A stretch of 64,000 nt of DNA from Sulfurospirillaceae bacterium. GTDB lineage: Bacteria; Campylobacterota; Campylobacteria; Campylobacterales; Sulfurospirillaceae. Under the pieces are notes generated by a model. It saw only the letters and a program-made list of their open reading frames with translations, did no database searches and had not been told where the DNA came from. Positions 56,172 through 64,000 of this stretch are shown here, piece by piece. Where the stretch lies: the NCBI GenBank assembly GCA_033723415.1, contig JAWVXD010000004.1:64001-128000 (forward strand), read 5' to 3'. Both the position numbers and the translations under genes were made by a program. Every line of letters starts with the position of its first letter. Positions within the stretch are counted from its first letter, which is position 1.

Positions 56172-57118
56172 TATCTGCCTAATATACTAGCATCACCTGT
56201 AATAACCGGTGGATTTATAACGCCTTGTCCATTTTCTTTCATTATAGCTTGTCCCTCTGGAGATAGAACAAAATTAACGAATTTAACTGCTCCGTCTTTG
56301 TTGATAGGAGATTTTGCATTTTGAACAACTGTAATACCATATACCATAGGCGCACCTTTTTTCACGACCCAAGTCCCCGGTTTCTTGCCGCTTATTTTAA
56401 ATGAAGCCTCTTTGTAGAGCTTAGCATATTTTGCACTTTTTAGAGAAATCTGCTCAGGCAAAGTTATATATTTTAGATGATGTTGTTCTGCAACTGATTT
56501 ATAAATATATAAATAATCATAAGCTCCGGCTTCTAAAAGTCCCAAGAGATCAGTCTCTTTTGGTCTGACAATAACTTTACTTTTATTTTCTTCTCCGCTT
56601 GTGTAACTATCGCCGTAACCAAACAGTTTGTTGAAGAATCCTGGTTCTTTATAATATTTCTCAGCCAATTTTGTAACCAACATAGTTCGATATCCGCATG
56701 GATCTAAATTTGGATTTGAATGACCGACTTTAACGCCTGGTTTCAAAAATATTTTTGTCCAATTTTTTTCGTTTATCTCATTTGCGAACTTTGATTTACT
56801 TGTGTAGGCTAAAACCATTTCATTTGTTGCAAAATGCGCATCAAACTTAGCATTTTTTGGGATCAACAAATTATCAATGACCTTATAATCAGCACTTGCC
56901 ATAATATCTGCAGGCTTACCTATATCTGTTATCTTTCTAGCACAGGCTCTGCTTCCTGCAGGTTCTCTTAAAACCTTATACTGTGGATATTTTGCTTCAA
57001 ATGCTTTTGACATCTGCTTAAACGGTACCGATAAACTTCCTGCATGAAAGATTATTATGTTTTCTTTTGCAAAACCAAGTGTTGCTACGAGTCCTAAAGC
57101 TAAAATCAATTTTTTCAT
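56171..57118 (-). CDS. wtpA: Tungstate-binding protein WtpA
   Basis: FHAGSLSVPF, GSRACAR, SNPNLDPCGYR, RPKETDL, YKSVA signatures. Confidence 0.9.
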   Translation of the reverse strand: MKKLILALGLVATLGFAKENIIIFHAGSLSVPFKQMSKAFEAKYPQYKVLREPAGSRACARKITDIGKPADIMASADYKVIDNLLIPKNAKFDAHFATNEMVLAYTSKSKFANEINEKNWTKIFLKPGVKVGHSNPNLDPCGYRTMLVTKLAEKYYKEPGFFNKLFGYGDSYTSGEENKSKVIVRPKETDLLGLLEAGAYDYLYIYKSVAEQHHLKYITLPEQISLKSAKYAKLYKEASFKISGKKPGTWVVKKGAPMVYGITVVQNAKSPINKDGAVKFVNFVLSPEGQAIMKENGQGVINPPVITGDASILGR

Positions 57119-57175
57119 AAAATGTCCTTAATATGTAATTTTTGCATATTGCTATGCCAAAAAAAATCTTACAAA

Positions 57176-57916
57176 TCAGTTTTTAAATTCTCTTTTATTT
57201 CGAGGTTTTAAAAACAATTCTTTGAAACGTTCATTCGCAAATTCTTCTATTTCGCGCTCTAATTGTTTATAATTATTTATATAATCATCTGCTAAGGGTG
57301 TCAATTTACTACCGCTGTTCTCACCTCCTCCTTGTTGGGATTCTACTAGTACGTCATCAAGATTTTTTTGAAGTATCTTGACGTGTGTCCAGGTTTTTTT
57401 ATAGCTCATATTTAACTTTTCGGCCGCTCCTGCGATAGAGCCTTCTTGTTCTATCAACTCTAAAACTTCCGTTTTACCTTTGCCAAATAGTAGCTCACCT
57501 TCTTGATTTTCTATCCATGTCTTTGTTTTTACATAAAGTCTGCTTCGTCTTTTTTCTTTAAAACAACCAAGCTCACAGTAAGTAACATCGATCTTCTTTT
57601 CTCTTAAAGTACCTCGTATCTTTTTCAATCCTATGCCACCAGCCATAGCTCTTGCATCTTTGCACTTTATCCGCTTTCTATCATCTATGAAAGGGGTCAT
57701 CTTATCCAATGCTTCTTGGCTGAAATCACCTGTATTTCTGAGATTTCCAAATTGTCCTAGTTCACAACCTGTGATCCTTATACCAAGCTCTTTGGCTTTA
57801 TTGCCGACATCTAAAATAGGAGTTTTTGTTTTTGCCGAGATCTTAAAAGCATCTTTACAATCAAGTTTCCCATCATCATTTAGATTTTCTTTTATTTGTG
57901 TTTCTAATTCAGACAT
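57176..57916 (-). CDS. modE: ModE-like regulator: duplicated Cys-containing N-terminal module plus winged helix
   Basis: Two CKDA...CELG(Q/C)F repeats; FGKGKxxxLExI...GSIxxAA...MSYKKxW HTH; no TOBE domain. Confidence 0.8.
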   Translation of the reverse strand: MSELETQIKENLNDDGKLDCKDAFKISAKTKTPILDVGNKAKELGIRITGCELGQFGNLRNTGDFSQEALDKMTPFIDDRKRIKCKDARAMAGGIGLKKIRGTLREKKIDVTYCELGCFKEKRRSRLYVKTKTWIENQEGELLFGKGKTEVLELIEQEGSIAGAAEKLNMSYKKTWTHVKILQKNLDDVLVESQQGGGENSGSKLTPLADDYINNYKQLEREIEEFANERFKELFLKPRNKREFKN

Positions 57917-58700
57917 AGATTCTCTCCGGATTACGATATATGTTCATGCTCTCTCCTCTAACAAAACCTATAAGAGTGAGACCGAACTTATCTGCTATAT
58001 TGACACCTCTGCAGGTAGATGCCGTTCTTGAAGCAAGTATTGGGATCTGATGCATCACGGCTTTGGCGACCATTTCAGAGCTCAATCTTCCACTCACCAT
58101 CAAAAAGGACTTTGTAACGTCATGTCCTGCCAAAAGTGCCTTACCTACGGCTTTATCTATAGTATTGTGCTGAGCTATATCTTCACCGATAAAGTAAGTT
58201 TCATCATCAATATAGATTTTTGCAGTATGCACACAGCCTGTCTGCTCATAAAGAGGACATTGGGTATAAAACTCTCCCATCTCCTTAAAAAGCAATTTTG
58301 CTTCTATATTAAAGTCGCTTTTGATCACTTTTGCCTCTATAGCTTTTAGTGAGATTTGCGTACTTTCTCCTCTACCGCAACCACTGACTATAACACTTTC
58401 CGTATTTAATTTTTCTATATTTTTTTCATTTGTGCGGGCAATTATGTGGGCTTCGTAAATTTTAGAATCAATATCTAAAATCTCCAAAGTATCAATATCT
58501 GAGACTTTTTCTATAATGTTTTCACTAATCAAATATCCAACTGTCAACTCTTGTAGATCTGTGGGAGTAGCCATCAAAGCAACAACTCTTTTATCATTTA
58601 TATAAATCTCTAGCTTAACTTCGCGGATAACTGTATCATCAGTTACAAATTTTTTGTTACCTTTTATTTTGGTAACTTGAGTTGTAAAAATCGGTTCCAT
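57909..58700 (-). CDS. fdhD: Formate dehydrogenase accessory sulfurtransferase FdhD
   Basis: MATP, SGCG, TGCVH, EDIAQHNTIDKAVG, SGRLSSEMVAK. Confidence 0.93.
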   Translation of the reverse strand: MEPIFTTQVTKIKGNKKFVTDDTVIREVKLEIYINDKRVVALMATPTDLQELTVGYLISENIIEKVSDIDTLEILDIDSKIYEAHIIARTNEKNIEKLNTESVIVSGCGRGESTQISLKAIEAKVIKSDFNIEAKLLFKEMGEFYTQCPLYEQTGCVHTAKIYIDDETYFIGEDIAQHNTIDKAVGKALLAGHDVTKSFLMVSGRLSSEMVAKAVMHQIPILASRTASTCRGVNIADKFGLTLIGFVRGESMNIYRNPERIYV

Positions 58701-58754
58701 ATCGTTTTCTCTTTTTTTATTATTAATATTCTATTTTTGCATATCTATAATCAT

Positions 58755-58792
58755 AAAAAAAATTGCCAATACCTTAACCCGGTATTGGCAAT
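58755..58792 (-). terminator. Rho-independent terminator after fdhC
   Basis: ATTGCCAATACC-N7-GGTATTGGCAAT 12-bp stem followed by a U-run on the minus strand. Confidence 0.8.
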
Positions 58793-58807
58793 ATATCAAA
58801 AAAAAGA

Positions 58808-59731
58808 TTAAATCTTTCCTTCTTTTTTCAATTTTTTATAATAAGAAGAGTGCATGTATTTCACTTCATCTTCTTCTTTATAGCCATCTTTCATACTTTT
58901 GAGTGAACCTTTTATAGCAAATACCGACATATAAATATGTGTCAGGAACAATGCCAAAACAGCAAAACCCAAGATATTATGAATAATAGCGCTTAGTCTC
59001 AACAAGTCGATCTGAGTCATACCTAGAGTACTAGCTATGCCTAGATCAAAATTTTGAAAGAACATGGCACCGCCTGTGAGTATCATGACAATACCGCCAA
59101 GTGTCGCTATCCAAAACCACGTCTTTTGCCCGGCGTTGAATTTTCCGGCTGGAATCATCTCTTTACTTTTTGTCAAATATCCACCGGCCATAAACAGCCA
59201 TTTGATATCATCAAACGAAATGATCATATCTTTGAACCAAGATATCAGCATAGGAATGACAGCTACTATAAAAACAGGCGTAAATATCGCATGGAAGTGT
59301 CTTGCTTCTGTTATAAACTCTCCTCCGCCAAAGTATTTACCGAAAACCATCAGTAACCCTGTCGGGATCAAGACTATAAAAGCAATAGCAGCTATCCAAT
59401 GAGAAATCCTATTTAAAATAGTAAAAAAGTATATCCTTTTACCACCATGTGAAAAACTCTTTGCACCTATTATAAGGTAATGAAGAAGGAAAACCAAAGG
59501 CACGCCAATGAGAATTCCTAAAAAGATCACCCTAAAATAGTGGGCTTGGAGATATGTAAACAAATCTCCAAATCTTCGATAACTGAGTATATCTGTTATC
59601 ATTTGAGAGGAGACTAAAAGGTCTCCTCCATGCCCCGGAGCAATATCTTTAGATGCCAATGGTACTTTGCCCGCTAATTCCCCAGCAAAAGAACCGAGTA
59701 TGCTAAGGCTAAGTAATATTAATTTTTTCAT
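58808..59731 (-). CDS. fdhC: Formate dehydrogenase cytochrome b (gamma) subunit
   Basis: RISHW, RHFHA, GKFNAGQK, IHN...THIYM haem-ligand histidines; multiple TM helices. Confidence 0.93.
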   Translation of the reverse strand: MKKLILLSLSILGSFAGELAGKVPLASKDIAPGHGGDLLVSSQMITDILSYRRFGDLFTYLQAHYFRVIFLGILIGVPLVFLLHYLIIGAKSFSHGGKRIYFFTILNRISHWIAAIAFIVLIPTGLLMVFGKYFGGGEFITEARHFHAIFTPVFIVAVIPMLISWFKDMIISFDDIKWLFMAGGYLTKSKEMIPAGKFNAGQKTWFWIATLGGIVMILTGGAMFFQNFDLGIASTLGMTQIDLLRLSAIIHNILGFAVLALFLTHIYMSVFAIKGSLKSMKDGYKEEDEVKYMHSSYYKKLKKEGKI

Positions 59732-59744
59732 GACATCCCTTTAA

Positions 59745-60344
59745 TTAATCTTTGTATGCTACGCCCCAGCCATTTGGAACCGACTGGACACCATGTCCTC
59801 TTGATGCTACACGCTCACGGTAGATCTTTGCAACGCTCTCGCCATCTCCGACCAAAAGAGCTTTTGTGGAACACATCGCAGCACAAACAGGAACTTTACC
59901 CTCAGCGATACGGTTTTGTCCATAAAGCTGTCTCTCTTTTGCAGAGTTTGTAGGCTCAGGTCCACCGGCACACATAGTACATTTATCCATAGCACCCTTA
60001 GTTCCAAAAGCACCGTCTCTTGGAAATTGTGGAGCACCAAACGGACAAGCATATAGACAATATCCACATCCTATACAAATATTCTTATCATGAAGCACTA
60101 TTCCGTCTTCTCTTATATAAAAACAATTTACAGGACATACTTGAGCACAAGGTGCGTCAGTACAATGCATACATGCCATCGAAGTAGAGAATTCTTTTCC
60201 CTCGACCCCTTCATTTAATGTCACTACCTTTCTTCTACTGATTCCAACTGGGAGCTCATGTGCTTCCGCACACGCAACGCTACATCCATCACAATCAATA
60301 CATCTGGCTTCATCGCAATAAAATTTCATTCTTGCATAACTCAT
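59745..60344 (-). CDS. fdhB: Formate dehydrogenase Fe-S (beta) subunit
   Basis: Four 4Fe-4S motifs: CIDCDGC, CMHCxxAPC, CIGCGYC, CTMC...C. Confidence 0.95.
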   Translation of the reverse strand: MSYARMKFYCDEARCIDCDGCSVACAEAHELPVGISRRKVVTLNEGVEGKEFSTSMACMHCTDAPCAQVCPVNCFYIREDGIVLHDKNICIGCGYCLYACPFGAPQFPRDGAFGTKGAMDKCTMCAGGPEPTNSAKERQLYGQNRIAEGKVPVCAAMCSTKALLVGDGESVAKIYRERVASRGHGVQSVPNGWGVAYKD

Positions 60345-60354
60345 TTCACACCCC

Positions 60355-63186
60355 CTACGCTTTTTCTATGCGACATAGGCCGCCTTTTGTCTCAGGGAGC
60401 TGAGTAACAATGTCGTAACCATAATTGGTAACAGTATTTGCACTCTCACCGACTGCATAAGGCTTATGCCCCTCTGGATAATGTGCGCTTCTGTCTTCGC
60501 CTTGGAAATATCCGGCAAAGTGCATCGGCAAGAAAATCCTATCTTCACTCACGCTATAAGAAAAGTGAGCTTTAACTTTGATTTTAGAGCCTTCCGGTGA
60601 ATGAACCCACATCATATCCCCATTACGGATACCATGATCTGCTGCAAGACTTGGATGTATATCACAGAACATCTCAGGAGAGAGTGCTGCGAGATATTTT
60701 GATGACCTTGTCTCAACACCGGCACCATTCATATTTACGAGCCTTCCGGTAATCAAGTTGACTGGGAATTTCTTACTCCAATCTTCCTCATTTTGAACAC
60801 TGGCATATCTCGTATCGACCCTAAAGTGGTTCGGTTTATCTGCATAAGTCGGATACTCTTTAACAAGATCCTGTCTTGGTGAATGCAGTGGTTCTCTGTG
60901 CATTGGAATTTGATCAGGGAATGTCCAAACAATCGCACGAGCTTTTGCATTTCCATAAGGTGCAATTCCAGCTTGCATACATTTTTCTGCAATGATGTTA
61001 CTTGTGTCAACCTTCCAGTTAGCGCCAATTTTTTTCTTCTCGCTATCTGTTAGCTTGATTTTAAGAACTTTTTCAATATTTTTTGCCGTGATCTCTGGGT
61101 AACCTCCTGGCTCTACGGATCCTTTTGGAGCCGAGCCTTTTCCGGCCAACAGATCAACGCCGTTTCGCTCAAGACCAAATCGGTTTCTAAATCCCATACC
61201 GCCCTCAGCAACTGATCTATTAATGTCATATAGTATCGGGCTTCCAGAATGGGTTTCAGTCCAACAAGGCCAAGGCAATCCATAGTATTCACCTTTCATC
61301 GGTCCATATCCCATCAGAGTTATCTGGTCGAACTGATCCCAATTTTCTTGATGTTTTTTGAGTCGCGCAGAAGTCCAACCGGTAAGTCCGATGGTTTTGA
61401 TGATTCTAGCGAACTCATCCGTTGCATCTTCAGGCCATTTGAACGTTTTTTTGTTTTCTTTCATCAACATACCCTTGGTCAGTTGATCATAAAATCCTAA
61501 TTTTTTGGCGAGTTCAAACATGACCTCTTGATCCGGTTTGCTTTCATACATAGGTTCGATGATCTGACTTCTCCATTGAGCTGAACGGTTTGTTGCAGTA
61601 ACACAGCCGCTTGTTTCAAATTGACTTGATGCTGGAAGTAAGAAAACATTGTCTTTTTTATCCGTTAAGACGACTGCTTCATTCACAAATGGATCGGCAA
61701 TGACGAGTAACTCTAGATTATCAAGAGCTTCTTTGACTTTTGCCTGCTGATCGATTGAAGTGATACCATTACCCATGACGACAAGAGCTTTAAGATTTGT
61801 ACCTCCGTTGTGGATCTTGTCTTCACCGGCTTTTCCGGCTAATACTCCCGCCCACCATCGAGCTAGAGAGAATCCTTTGGAGTTCATCATTTTTTTGTCT
61901 TTAAATCTACCTTTTAGCCACTCGTAGTCAACGCCCCATGATTTTGCAAAATATTTCCATGAACCGTCACTTAATCCATAGTAACCTGGAAGTGTATCTG
62001 CTAGACAAGCTAGATCCGTAGCGCCTTGAACATTATCATGACCACGAAGGATGTTTGCTCCACCGCCTTCTACGCCGATGTTGCCAAGTGCTAGTTGTAA
62101 GATCGGTGCTATACGTGTATTTGAGCTACCGATACTGTGCTGAGTCAATCCCATAGCCCAAAGCAATGTACCCGGAGTAGATTTAGCATAGACTCTTGTA
62201 ATCTGCATTAATTTTTCAGCCGGAACACCCGTGACATTTTCTACTCTATCAGGAGTCCATTTTGCTGCTTCTTTTTTGATTTCATCCATGCCGTAAACAC
62301 GGTCATTGATGTATTCTTGATTTTCCCAACCGTTTTTAAAGATTATATTTAGCATACCGTACATAAACGCTATGTCTGTACCAGGTCGGATTCTTGCATA
62401 TAGATCAGCTTTGGCAGCTGTTCTTGTAAATCTTGGATCGATAACGATCAATTGTGCATTATTTCTCTCTTTTGCTAACAAAAGATGTCTAAACCCTACT
62501 GGATGGTTTACCGCAGGATTTGCTCCAAAAATAATGATAGCTTTAGCATTTTGAATATCATTCATCGAATTCGTCATAGCGCCATAACCCCATGTATTCG
62601 CCACACCGGCGACTGTTGTGCTATGTCAAATTCTAGCTTGATGGTCTATATTATTTGTTCCAAACATTGCGGCAAACTTTCTAAAATAGTAAGCTTGCTC
62701 ATTGTTAAATTTTGCTGAACCTAAAAATTGAACGGAATCGGGTCCACTTGTCTTTCTTAGATCTTCCAGTTTTTTAGAAATACGATCAAGTGCTGTATCC
62801 CAACTGATGCGTTTCCACTGTCCGTTTTCTTTTACCATCGGATATCTAAGTCTTGCTTCTGCTCTGATCATATCGATCATGTCAGCACCTTTACAGCAAT
62901 GTCCACCTAAACTAACAGGGTGGTCTTGCGCTACCTCTTGTCTTACCCAAACACCGTTTTGAACCTCAGCTATAACACCGCAACCTACTGAACATGAGGT
63001 ACAGATTGTTTTTACAAGCTTAGATCCCGGGAATGGGTTTTTAACCTCTTCCTCCGTTGCCGCTCTTGTCACATCTCCACTTGCAAATGCAGAAGTGGCG
63101 CCAAACGCACCGGCAACTGCTGCCATCTTGAGAAATGATCTACGGCCAATTCTGGTAGAAAGAGCATTTTGAGTGGTATCTTTCAT
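60355..63186 (-). CDS. fdhA: Formate dehydrogenase catalytic subunit; selenoprotein (Sec187)
   Basis: Track ORFs 62626-63192 and 60355-62604 join across UGA 62626-62628 to give DHQARI-U-HSTTVAG; Tat motif GRRSFLK; CTSCSVGC; LRGHDNVQGA; ATG 63186 has AGGAGG SD. Confidence 0.96.
62598..62612 (-). promoter_or_regulatory. SECIS-like hairpin of fdhA
   Basis: TCGCC-GGTGT-GGCGA begins 13 nt after the UGA; G-rich loop. Confidence 0.75.
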
Positions 63187-63205
63187 ACTCAATGCCTCCT
63201 AATTA

Positions 63206-63406
63206 CTATAAAGCTCCGTGGTAGTATTCTTCCCAAGCTTTAGTTTTCTTGTAGAGTATCTCTTTTTTATTAGAGTGTCCTACAACAACGCCATTTGAAC
63301 TGTATGCATCACTTTTCGTAGCTGCTGTTGCAGCAACCGTACCCGCTGCACTGAGTGCACCGACGACGGCAGCTTTCTTCAAAAAGCTACGTCTTTTCTC
63401 TTCCAT
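63206..63406 (-). CDS. Small twin-arginine-signal protein of fdh operons
   Basis: KRRSFLKK; GVVVGHSNKKEILY...WEEYY; GAGGAGG SD. Confidence 0.85.
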   Translation of the reverse strand: MEEKRRSFLKKAAVVGALSAAGTVAATAATKSDAYSSNGVVVGHSNKKEILYKKTKAWEEYYHGAL

Positions 63407-63530
63407 ACTGTCCTCCTCGCTAAGATTTACTTCTTGCCATCAAGAAGTTTTGAAAAACAATGACATTTGTCTTTCAAAACTTCTATCTTACTTCTTCATG
63501 TTAAGCAAAGCTTAACATGAACGGATATGT

Positions 63531-64000
63531 CTATATATCAAGATCTTCTGTACTTGAAGCTTCTTCCATACTGCAAGATGTAAGCAGTGCGTCCGCTTCT
63601 CTTTTAGCTTTATTCTCAGCTCTTCTTTGAGCCTCAGCTTCACTAATATACTCGTCTTGTTCGACTTTTTTTACAATTTTTTCTTTTGGTTGCGGCTTAC
63701 GAACATCAAAATATAATCTTTCAAATTCCATAAAAGCATTGCAAACTATTGCTAAAGATTTATAGGCATCTGATTTTTCATGTTCATATAAATTTACTAT
63801 AAACTCATCAAAAAATTCATTGATAACTTCTACAAAAAGACAATGCTGTACGCTCTCATACTGTTTTTCTCCTGCCATGATAAGTTCTATCAACTCATGC
63901 ATAAATGTTACGAGAAAACCGACGCTGTCTTCATTGTCCTTAAATACTGTTTCATTTCTCCTAATCCTGGTCTTTGCTAAAAAATTTTTTACTTCAACTC
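63531..64000 (-). CDS. TorD/DmsD-family formate dehydrogenase chaperone (5'-truncated by the window)
   Basis: Frame stays open to the window edge (VEVKNFLAKTRIRRNETVFKDNEDSVGF...); EDxxG and FMEFER motifs; upstream of fdhA. Confidence 0.8.
   Translation of the reverse strand, partial: VEVKNFLAKTRIRRNETVFKDNEDSVGFLVTFMHELIELIMAGEKQYESVQHCLFVEVINEFFDEFIVNLYEHEKSDAYKSLAIVCNAFMEFERLYFDVRKPQPKEKIVKKVEQDEYISEAEAQRRAENKAKREADALLTSCSMEEASSTEDLDI

Noticed and set aside
57143..57160. Sigma-54 promoter upstream of wtpA (TGGCATAGCAATATGC on the minus strand)
   Set aside because: GG-to-GC spacing is one base longer than the strict -24/-12 requirement.
60355..63192. fdhA as a split gene or pseudogene
   Set aside because: The single in-frame UGA sits at the catalytic Sec position, a SECIS-like hairpin follows it, and selC and selD are present.
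1..64000. CRISPR array, prophage, IS element or rRNA
   Set aside because: No regularly spaced repeats, phage structural genes, transposases or rRNA-like sequence were seen by eye. Short or degenerate elements could have been missed.

Overview
This looks like a chromosomal window from a Campylobacterota (epsilonproteobacterial) bacterium. Gene content and order resemble Sulfurospirillum/Arcobacteraceae; this assignment is inferred, not searched. Left to right: (1) tRNA-Ala(GGC) and phnA; (2) a complete single-locus thiosulfate-oxidation cluster soxCDXYZAKB-soxH-dsrE-like-(cytochrome c/thioredoxin fusion); (3) a Tat-exported transglutaminase-like / TusA-MerT fusion / MerP module; (4) tRNA-Sec (selC), followed by an AT-rich two-gene island encoding a 784-aa unknown protein and a 1467-aa YprA-type DEAH helicase with a DUF1998 Zn domain, a candidate Druantia-III-like anti-phage system; (5) housekeeping genes and a MarR-linked Lol-like ABC system; (6) a probable light/oxidative-stress cluster headed by a DUF1722-photolyase fusion; (7) glpD-PotABCD-like ABC-glpQ; (8) two c-di-GMP enzymes; (9) a selenium/tungsten formate dehydrogenase locus with selD, yedF, TetR/rhodanese, wtpABC, modE, fdhD and fdhABC. 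selD and fdhA each carry an in-frame UGA (selenocysteine) followed by a SECIS-like hairpin, so the ORF track truncates or splits them. No CRISPR array, rRNA, integrase or transposase was seen. All family assignments come from motif recognition by eye; no database searches were run.
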